Of a stretch of DNA of 64,000 nt, positions 20,625 to 31,968 are shown piece by piece. Both the position numbers and the translations under genes were made by a program. The stretch comes from Candidatus Latescibacterota bacterium (GTDB lineage: Bacteria > Latescibacterota > UBA2968 > UBA8231). The stretch covers positions 1,152,001 to 1,216,000 of the forward strand of contig CBDCXV010000011.1 in the NCBI GenBank assembly GCA_965223905.1. Reading direction: 5' to 3'. The notes beneath the pieces were generated by a model that was not told the DNA's origin, searched no databases, and saw only the letters and a program-made list of their open reading frames with translations. Numbering within the stretch: position 1 is the stretch's first letter; each line of letters begins with the position of its first letter.

Positions 20625-22099
20625 TCGGCCGGCACCTCCCGATCCTGCTGATCGCCCTGCCGCTGGTCTCGGCCCCGCTCTGCGTGCTCCTGCGCCGGCG
20701 CGCCCCGGCCTGGGGCCTGGCGGCCGTTGTCAGCTGGCTGACCCTGGGGATGGCCGGCGCCCTGCTCGCCGAGGTGCTGCGCTCCGGTCCGGTCAGCTAC
20801 GCCCTCGGCAGCTGGAGCGCGCCCTGGGGGATCGAGTACCGCATCGACGCGGTCAACGCCTTCGTGCTCCTGCTGGTGTCGCTGATCGGCGCCGTGGTCG
20901 TCCTCTTCGCGCCGGGCAGCATCGCCGGAGAGCTGCCCAAGGCGCGCGGCAACCTCTTCTACGCCGCCTGGCTGCTCTGCCTGACCGGCCAGCTCGGCAT
21001 GGTGGCCACCGGCGACGCCTTCAACGTCTTCGTCTTCCTCGAGATCTCCTCCCTGTCGGCCTACGCCCTGGTCGGCATGGGGCCGGACCGCCGCGCCCTG
21101 TCCGCCGCGTTCCGCTACCTCGTCATGGGCACCATCGGGGGGACCTTCTTCGTCACCGGGGTCGGCCTCCTCTACATGATGACGGGCACCCTGAACATGG
21201 CCGACATGGCCGAGCGCCTGCCGCCGGTCATGCACACCCGCACCGTGCTGGCCGCCTTCGCCTTCCTCAGCATCGGCCTGAGCCTCAAGCTGGCGCTGTT
21301 TCCCATGCACCTCTGGCTGCCGGACGCGTACGCGTACGCGCCGTCCGCGGTCACCGCCTTTCTCGCGGCCACCGCGACCAAGGTCGCCGTCTACGTCTTC
21401 CTGCGCTTCTTCTTCACCATCTTCGGCGGCGACTACGCCTTCGGCACCCTCAACCTCGACTACCTGCTGATCCCCCTGGCCCTCGCCGGGGTTTTCGCCG
21501 GCTCGCTGGCGGCCCTGTTCCAGCACAACGTCAAGCGCATGCTCGCCTACTCCAGCGTCGCCCAGGTCGGCTACATGATGCTGGGGATCGGGCTGTTCTC
21601 GGTGACCGGCCTCACCGCCACCCTCGTGCACCTGTTCAACCACGCCCTGATGAAGGGGGCGCTCTTCCTCGCCATGGGGTGCGTCGCCTGCAGGATCGGA
21701 TCGGTCGAGCTGGAAGACCTGCGGGGCCTCGGAAAACGCATGCCGCTGACCGCGGCCGCCTTCGTCGCCGGGGGGCTGAGCCTGATCGGCGTGCCCCTTA
21801 CAGCCGGCTTCATCAGCAAGTGGTACCTGGTGCTGGCGGCGCTCGAACGCGGCATGTGGCCGGTCGCCGTGCTCGTGCTGGCCGGCTCCCTGATCGCCGT
21901 CGCCTACGTCTGGCGGGTGGTGGAGGCAGCCTACTTCCGGGAACCGGCCGGGGAGTCCGGGATCGCCGAAGCGCCGCTGTCGATGCAGATCCCGCTGTGG
22001 ATCCTGGTCGCCGCCAACTTCTACTTCGGCCTAGCGACGGAAACGACGGCCGGGGTCGCCGGGCAGGGAGCGCGGCTGCTGATGGGAACCGCCCCGTGA
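20621..22099 (+). CDS. mrpD: Na+/H+ antiporter subunit D
   Basis: GDAFNVFVFLEI, HLWLPDAY, KRMLAYSS, GFISKW. Confidence 0.92.
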   Translation: MIGRHLPILLIALPLVSAPLCVLLRRRAPAWGLAAVVSWLTLGMAGALLAEVLRSGPVSYALGSWSAPWGIEYRIDAVNAFVLLLVSLIGAVVVLFAPGSIAGELPKARGNLFYAAWLLCLTGQLGMVATGDAFNVFVFLEISSLSAYALVGMGPDRRALSAAFRYLVMGTIGGTFFVTGVGLLYMMTGTLNMADMAERLPPVMHTRTVLAAFAFLSIGLSLKLALFPMHLWLPDAYAYAPSAVTAFLAATATKVAVYVFLRFFFTIFGGDYAFGTLNLDYLLIPLALAGVFAGSLAALFQHNVKRMLAYSSVAQVGYMMLGIGLFSVTGLTATLVHLFNHALMKGALFLAMGCVACRIGSVELEDLRGLGKRMPLTAAAFVAGGLSLIGVPLTAGFISKWYLVLAALERGMWPVAVLVLAGSLIAVAYVWRVVEAAYFREPAGESGIAEAPLSMQIPLWILVAANFYFGLATETTAGVAGQGARLLMGTAP

Positions 22100-22181
22100 G
22101 TTCCGCCATGGTTCTGCTCGCGGTTGCGGTATCGTCCGGCCCTGCGCCCGGGGGGTGCGGGCTGCCCATGGGAGCGGCTCC

Positions 22182-23660
22182 GTGAGCCCCTCCGCCCTCA
22201 TCGTCGCCGCGGTCTTCCTGCCGCTGGCCGCCTGCCCCCTGATCGCCCTCACCGGGCGCCGCCCCAACCTGCGCGAGGCGGTGACCCTGGCCGCCGGCGT
22301 CCTGACCTTCGGCGCCGTGCTGCAGCTGCTGCCGCTGGTGACCGCGGGGGAACGGCCCGGGGCAAGCCTCATGCAGGTGCTGCCCGGCATCGATCTCGCC
22401 TTCGAGGTCGAGCCGCTCGGCATGCTCTTCGCCATGGTCGCTTCCGGCCTGTGGATCGTCACCTCCTGCTACTCGATCGGGTACATGCGCGGCCACCACG
22501 AGAGCTCCCAAACCCGCTTCTTCTTCTTTTTCGCCGTCGCCGTCGGCGCCGCCCTGGCGGTCGCCTTCGCGCGCAACCTGTTCACCCTGTTCCTCGCCTA
22601 CGAAGTGCTGACGTTCTCGACCTACCCGCTGGTGACCCACGCGCGCACCCCCGCGGCCCGGCGAGGCGGCCGCATCTATCTCGGCATCCTGCTCGGCACC
22701 TCGTTCTTCTTCCTGCTGCCGGCCATCCTCTGGACCTGGCACCTGACCGGCACCCTCGAGTTCGCGGAAGGGGGCATCCTGCAGGGGAGCAGCGGCACCG
22801 CCGTCGTCGCCCTGCTCCTCCTCTACGCCTTCGGAACCGGCAAGGCGGCGCTCATCCCCTTCCACCGCTGGCTGCCCGCGGCCATGGTCGCCCCGGCTCC
22901 GGTCAGCGCCCTGCTGCACGCGGTGGCCGTGGTCAAGGCGGGGGTCTTCACGGTGCTGAAGGTCATCCTCTACGTCTTCGGCCTCGACCTGCTGCGGGAG
23001 ACGTCGGCCGGCGTCTGGCTGATGTACGCGGCCGGCGCCACCGTCCTGATCGCCTCGCTGGTGGCGATGACGAAGGACAACCTCAAGGCGCGGCTCGCCT
23101 ACTCCACGGTGAGCCAGCTCTCCTACATCCTGCTCGGCGGCGCCCTGGCCAGCTCCTGGGGGATCGTCGGCGGCGGCATGCACATCGCCATGCACGCCTT
23201 CGGCAAGATCACCCTCTTCTTCTGCGCCGGGGCCATCGACGTCGCCCTGCACAAGACCGAGATCAGCGACATGCGCGGCATCGGCAGGCAGATGCCGGTG
23301 ACGATGTCCTGCTTCCTCGTCGGCGCCCTGAGCGTCATCGGCCTGCCCCCGATGGGAGGCTCGTGGAGCAAGTGGTACCTCGCCCTGGGGGCGGTCGACG
23401 CCGGGCAGCTGCTGTTCCTGGCGGTGCTGATGGTCAGCACCCTGCTCAACATCGCCTACCTGATGCCGATCCCGATCCGGGCCTTCTTCCCGCGAGGAGA
23501 GGGCGCCGCGCCGGGTGGCGGGGCCGCGGGCAGCGGCGGCATCCGCGAGGCCCCGGCCTTCATGCTGGCGCCGATCTGCTTCACGGCCCTGGGATGCCTC
23601 GTTCTCTTCTTCTGCGCCGGCGGCCTCTACCGGCTGCTGCTGCCGCTGGCAGGCAAGTGA
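22182..23660 (+). CDS. MrpD-like proton-conducting membrane subunit
   Basis: WLPAAMVAPAPVSALLHAVAVVKAG, KARLAYSTVSQ. Confidence 0.88.
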   Translation: MSPSALIVAAVFLPLAACPLIALTGRRPNLREAVTLAAGVLTFGAVLQLLPLVTAGERPGASLMQVLPGIDLAFEVEPLGMLFAMVASGLWIVTSCYSIGYMRGHHESSQTRFFFFFAVAVGAALAVAFARNLFTLFLAYEVLTFSTYPLVTHARTPAARRGGRIYLGILLGTSFFFLLPAILWTWHLTGTLEFAEGGILQGSSGTAVVALLLLYAFGTGKAALIPFHRWLPAAMVAPAPVSALLHAVAVVKAGVFTVLKVILYVFGLDLLRETSAGVWLMYAAGATVLIASLVAMTKDNLKARLAYSTVSQLSYILLGGALASSWGIVGGGMHIAMHAFGKITLFFCAGAIDVALHKTEISDMRGIGRQMPVTMSCFLVGALSVIGLPPMGGSWSKWYLALGAVDAGQLLFLAVLMVSTLLNIAYLMPIPIRAFFPRGEGAAPGGGAAGSGGIREAPAFMLAPICFTALGCLVLFFCAGGLYRLLLPLAGK

Positions 23661-23682
23661 CGCGGGCAGCGGCGAGGCGACC

Positions 23683-24069
23683 ATGAACCGACCGACCGAC
23701 AGCGGCCGGGGCTGGATCGAAAGACCGGGCAGCACCGGCAAGCTCTACCGCCTGCTGCTGGTTATCTGCGGCCTGCTCCTGGCGGCCGACCTCCTCGATG
23801 TTCTCGGGGTCTTCCACAAGCACGTCCATCACGACGCCGAGGGCTGGCTCGGCTTCTACAGCCTCTTCGGGTTCGCCGCCTACGCCTTCATCGTCGGCGC
23901 CGGTTGGGTCTGGCGCGCGCTCGTGGGGCGCGGCCCCGACTACTACGACCAGGCGTCGTCCGGGGGGACCGAAGGGGAGGAGAACTCCTCTTCCGGTGAG
24001 GACCCATCCCGCGATGCGGACTCACCATGCGACGAGGACTCGTCTCGCGATGGGGGCTCATCAAGATGA
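23683..24069 (+). CDS. Small membrane protein of the Mrp operon
   Basis: Two TM segments, GFYSLFGF, DYYD; acidic low-complexity tail. Confidence 0.7.
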   Translation: MNRPTDSGRGWIERPGSTGKLYRLLLVICGLLLAADLLDVLGVFHKHVHHDAEGWLGFYSLFGFAAYAFIVGAGWVWRALVGRGPDYYDQASSGGTEGEENSSSGEDPSRDADSPCDEDSSRDGGSSR

Positions 24070-25844
24070 GCAGGCCCGTCCGCATCCTCCTGGCTCTGGC
24101 GGCCCTGGCGCCGCTGGCGGCGATCCCCGCTTCCGGCGCGGACCTGACTCCCGGGGCGATCATGATCCTCGGGGCGCCGCTGCTCGCGGTGCTGAGGGGG
24201 CGGCTGCAGCAGCTCTGCCTGATCGCCCTGCCGCTCCTGAGCTGCGCCCACCTGTTCGCTCTCGACCCGGGCTCCTTCGGGCAGCTCGCCGTCTTCGACT
24301 ACACCCTTACCGTCGCCCGGGTAGACAGGCTCAGCCTCGCCTTCGGGTACATCTTCAGCATGGCGGCCGTCATCGCGGCGATCTACGCGCTCCACGTCAG
24401 GGACAGCCTGCAGCACACCTGCGGCGCCGTCTACATCGGCGCGGCGACCGGGGCGGTGTTCGCCGGCGACCTGCTCACCCTCTTCGTCTACTGGGAGCTC
24501 ACCTCGGTCGCCTCGGTCTTCCTGGTCTGGGCCGGCGGCGGCGAGCGCGCCTTCCGGGCGGGCATGCGCTACCTCCTTATCCAGGTCGGCTCCGGGGTGC
24601 TGCTGCTGTCCGGCCTGCTCGTCCGCTACGACGCCACCGGCTCGCTCGCCTTCGACCACCTCGGCGACCCGGGGATCGACAACCTCGGCGGCACCCTGAT
24701 CTTCCTCGCCTTCGGCATCAAGTGCGCCTTCCCGTTCCTGCACAACTGGCTGCAGGACGCCTACCCCGAGGCCTCGGTCACCGGCACCGTCATCCTCAGC
24801 GCCTTCACCACCAAGCTCGCGGTGTACAGCCTCGCCCGCGGCTTCGCCGGCGTGGAGATCCTGGTGCCGATCGGGACCGCGATGACGGTGTTCCCGGTCT
24901 TCTTCGCCGTCATCGAGAACGACCTGCGCCGGGTGCTGGCGTACAGCCTCAACAACCAGCTCGGGTTCATGGTCGTCGGGATCGGCATCGGCACCGAGCT
25001 GGCCCTGAACGGGGCGGTCTCGCACGCCTTCGTCCACATCATCTACAAGGCGCTGCTGTTCATGTCGGTGGGAGCCGTGCTCTACCGGGCGGGCACGGCG
25101 AAGGCCTCGGAGCTCGGCATGCTCTACAAGTCGATGCCCTGGACCGCGTTCTTCTGCCTCATCGGGGCGGCCTCGATCTCGGCCTTTCCCCTGTTCAGCG
25201 GATTCGTCACCAAATCGATGACCCTGGGCGCCGCGGCACAGGAGGGTTGGATAGTCTGCTGGTTCCTGCTGCTCTTCGCCTCCGCGGGGGTGCTCCACCA
25301 CTCGGGGATCAAGATCCCCTTCTACGGCTTCTTCGGCCTCCGCGACTCCGGGATCCGCTGCCGGGAAGCCCCCTTCAACATGCTGCTGGCGATGGGAATC
25401 GCCGCCTTTCTGTGCGTCGCCATCGGCGTCTACCCGCAGCCCCTCTACGACATCCTGCCGCACGACATCGGCGAGTTCCACGCCTACACGGCGAACCACG
25501 TGATCACGCAGCTGCAGCTGCTCTTCTTCGCCATGCTCGCCTTCGCCTTGCTGGCGCGCCGCCACCTCGAGACGCCGGAGCTGCCGTCGGTCAACCTCGA
25601 TTTCGACTGGGTCTACCGGAAGCTGCTTCCCGGGGCGGTGCGGTCGCTGGCAGGGGTCTTCGTGCCGGTGCGGGACCGCCTCCGCGACAACGCCGCGGCC
25701 ACCGTCCTGGAGCTCGCCGGTTTCCTTCAGGAGCACCACGGCCCGGCCGGCATCCTCGGCCGCACCTCGCTGACGAGCGTCTCGGTCCTCATCGTCGGGC
25801 TGCTGCTGGCGCTGTCGCTGATTCTCTATTTCGCGGGTTCGTAG
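24066..25844 (+). CDS. MrpD/MrpA-like antiporter subunit
   Basis: HNWLQDAYPEA, SAFTTK, NDLRRVLAYS, NLDFDWVYRK. Confidence 0.88.
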   Translation: MSRPVRILLALAALAPLAAIPASGADLTPGAIMILGAPLLAVLRGRLQQLCLIALPLLSCAHLFALDPGSFGQLAVFDYTLTVARVDRLSLAFGYIFSMAAVIAAIYALHVRDSLQHTCGAVYIGAATGAVFAGDLLTLFVYWELTSVASVFLVWAGGGERAFRAGMRYLLIQVGSGVLLLSGLLVRYDATGSLAFDHLGDPGIDNLGGTLIFLAFGIKCAFPFLHNWLQDAYPEASVTGTVILSAFTTKLAVYSLARGFAGVEILVPIGTAMTVFPVFFAVIENDLRRVLAYSLNNQLGFMVVGIGIGTELALNGAVSHAFVHIIYKALLFMSVGAVLYRAGTAKASELGMLYKSMPWTAFFCLIGAASISAFPLFSGFVTKSMTLGAAAQEGWIVCWFLLLFASAGVLHHSGIKIPFYGFFGLRDSGIRCREAPFNMLLAMGIAAFLCVAIGVYPQPLYDILPHDIGEFHAYTANHVITQLQLLFFAMLAFALLARRHLETPELPSVNLDFDWVYRKLLPGAVRSLAGVFVPVRDRLRDNAAATVLELAGFLQEHHGPAGILGRTSLTSVSVLIVGLLLALSLILYFAGS

Positions 25845-25906
25845 GACTCTCTCAACAATCGGCCGGTCCGGGTCTCCGACAGCATGGCCGACCCAGTCCG
25901 GGTCCG

Positions 25907-26670
25907 TTACCTCAGCAGGGTCATCTTGCGCACCAGGGCCTTGTCCCCTGCGGCGAGCCGGTAGAGGTAGACGCCGGCGGCCACGGGGCGGCCCTGCTCG
26001 TCGCGGCCCTCCCAGTCCACCTGGTGTATCCCGGCGGTCAGGGTGCGGTTGGGTATCAGGGTTTTGACCACCTGCCCGGCGAGGCTGTAGATGACCGGGG
26101 AGGCCTCCCCGGTTTCAGTCAGCTGGAAATAGAGGGTCGTGCTGGGGTTGAAGGGGTTGGTCACCGTGGCCCGCAGCTGCTTGCCGACATCGGCGGCCAC
26201 CGGCGTGTAGCGGGACAGGGCTCCGGCGTGATTCGTAGTTCAACAGCGACGAACCGTTGTCCACAAGCGGCGTTCCAATTCAACACACCAGTCATTGCGG
26301 GACGCGTCGTCCTCGTCGTTGGACGAGCGGAAGGTGATCCCTGGAGAGCTGGCATCGAGAGTCCCGGCAACGATGAGCTCGGAGCGAGTGCCGTCGTTGT
26401 CGTTCTCGGTGTTGGTGTCATCGCTGTTGGCGACGAATTCGACCGTCGCCCGGGGATCGAGCGTCAACGTTATCCCCGACGGAATGGTCACGTCGCCGGT
26501 CAGGGTGACGGAATCATCCCACGGCTCGATGCGGAACAGTTTGCCCTCGCCGGCATCCAATTCAGACGCGTCCAGCGTCACCGTCGTCGTCCGCGTGCCC
26601 GTGGTCCCACACTGCGTGTTGACCACCATCAGATAGCGCGTGCCGTCCGTATGGGTGAAGGCGCCCAAGA
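25907..26670 (-). pseudogene. Collapsed relic of a paralog of the giant surface protein
   Basis: YLMVVN segment resembles YVLVVN of the giant protein; YTPVAADVGKQLRATV is fused directly to NPFNPSTT...RKMTLLR (FlgD-Ig tail). Confidence 0.7.
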
Positions 26671-27080
26671 AGAAGCCGCGGCCCTGCTCTACGGATTCAC
26701 GAAATACCTCGCCGGCACGGGTTTCTCAAACTCAACGGTGACAGCACTTGCAGATGCCGCGAGGGAGGTGGTTCTCGTTCGGAGTGCCGGGCTGGAAGGG
26801 CCAGCCGCGCTATTCGCGGAGGCGTTCGGTCAGGCCGGCGTTCTGCCGGTGAGCGCGGCCATCGGCGCCTTCATCATGATATGGGGATTGTATACGCTGC
26901 TGGAGGGAAGCCGCCTTGGATACAAGCAGACGTGAGCACCTTGCCCCGCGGCGCGGTCAGAGCTGGAATCCGAGCAGGGCAATGCCCGTCATCGCACCGG
27001 GACGACCCCCGCCACAGCTCGAGTTCGCAACCCTGACCTCACGTTCTTGACCGCCGTTGCCAACGCCACCGGTACGCCCG

Positions 27081-27340
27081 AACGGTTGGCGCCTGGGCGA
27101 TGGCCGCTTCATGTGCTGCGAGTGTGGGGCGCGCAGTTCGGTGACGGCGGGGACGATCTTTGACCGAACCCGGACGCTGCTGAGCGTGTGGTTCACCGCC
27201 TGCGGGTTGTTCGCTACCGGCAAGGACGGGATCTCGGCGTTGAGCTTGAAGCGGGTGCTGAGACCGGCTCGTACCAGACCGCGTCACCGACGGGTGGCCG
27301 GCCTACCAGGGACTGGCGCAACTCGGCTACGTGCATGATC
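27081..27340 (+). pseudogene. IS1595-family transposase N-terminal fragment
   Basis: FMCCECGARSSVTAGTIFDRTRT...WF...GKDGISALSLKRVL. Confidence 0.75.
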
Positions 27341-27510
27341 GTCGCTCTCAAAGCGTAGCCGGTGCTCCCCTTGGCGGACGCCGCCCCGGGCCGTCCACCT
27401 GGGATACCCGCCTGCCCTCTCAGAACCCGCGATTTCTTTTCTGATTGGCCGGCCTCTGCGAAACGCCGCTCTGCCGCCAGCGTGCGCCGGCCGATGACAA
27501 AGCGGCCCCC

Positions 27511-30500
27511 TCATCTCAGCAGGGTCATTTTCTGTGTGAGGGATTTGTCTCCGGCGGTGAGGCGGTAGAGGTAGACGCCGGCGCCTACCGGGCGGCCCTG
27601 CTCGTCGCGCCCTTCCCAGAAGACTTGGTGGATTCCGGCTTTCAGGGTGCGGCCGCGAATCAAGGTCTTCACCACCTGGCCGGCGAGGTTGTAGATGACC
27701 AGGGAGCCCTCTGCGCTTTCGGGCACCTGGAAGTAGATCGTCGTGCTGGGGTTGAACGGATTGGGCGCGGCCAGGGCGGCCAATCCTTCCATGCCCGTCA
27801 GCACCATCTGCTCGGCCAGGGCCTTGGCCGCGGCCGAGCGGGTTATGGCCGATCCCGAGTTGGACCAAGGCCCTGTGCCCTCGCGGCTGGTGGCCTTCAA
27901 GCGGACGGTGTACAGGGTGTATGCAGGCAGGCCCGTCAGCGTCTTACTGGTCACCCGGCCGAGCGTCGTTTCCGAGCATACGGCCTGACGCGGCGCATCG
28001 GAGTCGTCCTTCTCCTCCTCCGGCGGATCCTCCTCCGACCGGAAAGCAGGGTAGCAGTATTGCATGGTGTAGCCGGTGACGGGCGCGCCGCTCGTCGGGT
28101 GAGACCAGCTGATGTCGAGTTTGCCCGTGCCCGACGAAGGCACCCTGACCGTCGGGACCGTCATCTTGCTGGGCGGGCCGATGTCCTGAACGATGGCGTT
28201 GATCAGCTTGTTGCTGTTAGCCGAAGGGTTGCCGTCGTCAGTAGCCCGGATCCTGACCACATAGATGTTGTTGGTATTCGCATCGGTGGGATTCTCGTAA
28301 TCCGGCGCCGACTCGAACCTCAGGGTCAGGCTCGAACCCGACGAGGTGAAGGAGAACTCGTCGCTGTCCGTGCTGTAGATGTCCCAGGTAATGCCGTCCC
28401 CTTCGGCGTCGGTGGCCGTATACGTGCCCACGGCGGTGGTGTTCTCGTTGACATTCAGGCGCCCCGTGCCTGAAATCACCGGAGCCGTATTGGCCCGCGT
28501 GTAGGTCCTTCGTATGGCCGACCAGGGACTGTCTCCCTCGTCGCTGGTCGCTTTCACGCGAACCGAGTATCGGGTCCCGGAGCGCAGGTTCTCCAGGGTC
28601 GTGCTCGTGGTACCGGCCTCGAAGGGCAAGGTGGTCGTGGAGCTGCAGGCGTTGGTTTGGCAATACTGCAGCTTCCATCCTGTGACTGGGGCATCGCTGG
28701 CCGACGTGGACCACCCGACGTCCAGTTCTTCGTGTCCATTGGTAGCCGGAACCGTGACGGTGACCGTGGGCTTCCCCGGCGGCTCCACGTCCAGGATGTT
28801 GACGGTCACCGCCCGGCTGGCCGAGGACGACGACGAGCAGCCGCCCCGGGCCCGGATCGTGACCTGGTACTGGCGGGAATCGGTCTCGTAGTCGGGGGCG
28901 CTGCGGAAGCTCAAGGTGCCCCCGGAGAAATTGAACGCGCTCGCGTCGGCCCCTCCCAGCGGCAACCAGCGGCCGCCGCCGCCGTCCGGGTCGCTGAGGG
29001 AATAGCTGGCCACCGCGGTGGTGTTCTCGGGGATCGACTGGGACGTGGGACCCGAGATCGTCGGGGCACCGCAGTCGGTGCGGCCGCTGCCGGCGGCCCA
29101 GCCGCTGGTGCCCTCGTCGTTGGCGGCATTCACCTGCACTTCGTACGCGGTGTTGGGCGTAAGGCTCGAAATCGTCGTCGAGGTCCCGGTGCCCGAAAAC
29201 GAGTGCGTGCGCCAGTTTCCCGAGGCCCGGTATTGCACGTCGTAGTCGGTGACCGGCGGCCGGCCGCTGGTGTTGGGCGCGTCCCATTCCACCTCCACAC
29301 TCGTGCGCCCCGCCGCCGACACCCGCACATTGGACGGCGGTCCCGGCGGCTCGTCGACATCGGTCACGTTCACGGTTACCGTCTCGGTGTCGGACGCCCC
29401 CTTCGGGTCCGTCGCCCGGACGGTCAGGCTGTATGAAGTGGTCCCGCTTTCGTAGCTCGGGGCATTCTGGAAGCTCACCTCGCCGCTGCTACTGATCTGG
29501 AAGACGTTCCCGATCACGGACCAGGTGATGGCTTGGCCTTCCGGGTCCGTGGCCGTGAAGGTGGCTACGGACCGGGTGTTCTCCGGCACGGACTGCGTGC
29601 CGGTGTCGTCGATGACCGGCGGCCGGTTCGGCGCCTTCACCGCAGCGGTAGCGTCGCTCTGCGCGCTCTTGCCCGGACCGTGGGCGTCGGTGTAGCCGAC
29701 CGTCGCCCGCAGCTGCTTGCCCACATCCGACGTCACCGGCGTGTAGCGGGACGTGGCCGCAATGGGGTAGCGCGGCGACCGCTCGATAGGCACCCACCCC
29801 GAACTCGCGTCGGCCCGCCGCTGCCACTGCCAGCTAGTGTCCGCCACGCTCCCGTCTACGTCCACCAGGGTGGCCGTCATCCGCCGACCCACCTCCGGCG
29901 ACGACGTCGACAAACGCACCGTGCCGGGGGTGTCGGCCGGCCTCACCGACGACGTCACCGCGCTCTGCGCGCTCTTGTTCGGACCGTGGGCGTCGGTGTA
30001 GCCGACCGTCGCCCGCAGCTGCTTGCCCACATCCGACGTCACCGGCGTGTAGCGGGACGTGGCCGCAATGGGGTAGCGCGCCGACCGCTCGATAGGCACC
30101 CACCCCGAACCCGCGTCGGCCCGCCGCTGCCACTGCCAGCTAGTGTCCGCCACGCTCCCGTCGACGTCCACCAGGGTGGCCGTCATCCGCCGACCTACCT
30201 CCGGCGACGACGTCGACAGTCTCACCGTGCCGGGGGTGTCGGCCGGCCTCACCGACGACGTCACCGCGCTCTGCGCGCTCTTGTTCGGACCGTGGGCGTC
30301 GGTGTAGCCGACCGTCGCCCGCAGCTGCTTGCCCACATCCGACGTCACCGGCGTGTAGCGGGACGTGGCCGCAATGGGGTAGCGCGCCGACCGCTCGATA
30401 GGCACCCACCCCGAACTCGCGTCGGCCCGCCGCTGCCACTGCCAGCTAGTGTCCGCCACGCTCCCGTCGACGTCCACCAGGGTGGCCGTCATCCGCCGAC

Positions 30501-30939
30501 CTACCTCCGGCGACGACGTCGACAAACGCACCGTGCCGGGGGTGTCGGCCGGCCTCACCGACGACGTCACCGCGCTCTGCGCGCTCTTGTTCGGACCGTG
30601 GGCGTCGGTGTAGCCGACCGTCGCCCGCAGCTGCTTGCCCACATCCGCCGTCACCGGCGTGTAGCGGGACGTGGCCGCAATGGGGTAGCGCGCCGACCGC
30701 TCGATAGGCACCCACCCCGAACCCGCGTCGGCCCGCCGCTGCCACTGCCAGCTAGTGTCCGCCACGCTCCCGTCGACGTCCACCAGGGTGGCCGTCATCC
30801 GCTGACCCACCTCCGGCGACGCCGTCGACAAACGCACCGTGCCGGGGGTGTCGCCGTCGTCGTCAACCAGCCTCACCGTAGCGGTTGCGTGCGTGCCCGT
30901 GCTCACCCTCTCCGGCAGATCCCCGAATCCCAACGCCAC
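27511..30939 (-). pseudogene. 3' half of a giant surface protein gene (102-aa repeats, cadherin-like, Fn3, FlgD-Ig tail)
   Basis: Begins mid-domain (VALGFGDLP) at the TSD; ATDPEG/PDYE cadherin motifs, LTPNTAYEVQV Fn3, PNPFNPSTT tail. Confidence 0.85.
29655..30853. repeat. Four near-identical 306-bp coding tandem repeats
   Basis: GTGCCGGGGGTGTC recurs at 29921, 30227, 30533 and 30839. Confidence 0.95.
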
Positions 30940-31233
30940 GGGAATTATATAGATAACTACGCAAGCGCAACTTTAGTAATCTCATCCGCGAATTTAAAGA
31001 AAATCTGGTATAATATAATAGAGAAAATACCAGAGAGAAGGACATCCCGGTCCTCAAAGTGTTTAGCTCGGAGCACGGAAGCATGTCAGATTGACACCGT
31101 GCATTAAGCTACTGGGGTGAGGAATCATTCCGTTTGGTTGACAAGCGAGCAAGGAGGGTGACTGAGGATTTCTCGGTTGCAGGCTGCCGGGAGCAGGCAG
31201 CGGGTTTGTCATCTTGCTGGCTATTCGAAAAGA
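30940..31233. repeat. Left long terminal inverted repeat
   Basis: Imperfect inverted match to 56521-56810; homology continues through the transposase 3' remnant to ~31490. Confidence 0.9.
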
Positions 31234-31490
31234 CTCGCCCTTTCCTTCGACCGATGATGAGTGAAGGGAACCGGAGGGACCTCCGTCTCCAGAAGGTCCC
31301 GGTAGGTCAGCCGTTTCCCCACCATCCCGGAAGCAAGCAGTTCCATCTGTTCCAGGATATCCATTCCTCGGATATTGTACCTGCCTGCGCGAACTCGTTG
31401 AGGTATCGGGGAAAATACTTCGGAGATACGTGGCAATACCCGTGATAGGTTCCTTTCGCCAGAGCATTAAACGATTCCGCACGGTTCGTT
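31221..31490 (-). pseudogene. 3' remnant of the terminal IS1595 transposase
   Basis: TNRAESFNALAK...SPKYFPRYLNE and GRYNIRGMDILEQMELLASG match the 55371-56381 protein; frameshifted. Confidence 0.88.
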
Positions 31491-31968
31491 CCGGCGCCCC
31501 TGGGGACGCAGGTTCCGTTTTCGTGTTTCTCCATGCACTCACTGCACCTGTCTGGTTCTTCAGGGAGACCCAGCACCGACTCTTTTTCCCCAGGCGTTGT
31601 GGTGGGGCCATTGGGAGCAGTCTCGGCACCAGTGCCATACGTTGCTGCCTCATTTTCTTCGGTAAGTAGGCAATTTTTTTTCCTGATCGTTAAAAACACA
31701 AACGACGCTTGCACCGCTGTTGGGACGTCTCCGACGACCCCCCAACTGAGACGACGAGAACCTATAACCCTGAGCGCAAGATAGCTGGATAGCTCCATTG
31801 AGCACTCATCACATGCTCTCATTTTTTCCGCCGTCGCCGCCCGCAGGCGGGGCGTTGGAGAGAATAGGTTTTTTGCAGAGGCTGATAAATCAGTCCTCTA
31901 CATATTTTTAACCAAATTAGTGTGAGTTTCGTTACTTACCGGGTGGGTTTGAGTCCTAACTCAACGGC

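Noticed and set aside
18120-25844. Mrp operon with three MrpD-like genes and a split MrpA/B
   Set aside because: This arrangement is a known Mrp operon variant, not novel.
23798-26935. 1045-aa ORF spanning the last mrp gene
   Set aside because: Arg/Pro-rich off-frame read-through of the mrp gene and antisense relics; only the last ~90 aa look like a real membrane-protein fragment.
29655-30853. Possible CRISPR or non-coding repeat array
   Set aside because: Units are 306 bp, in frame and have no unique spacers; no cas genes are present.
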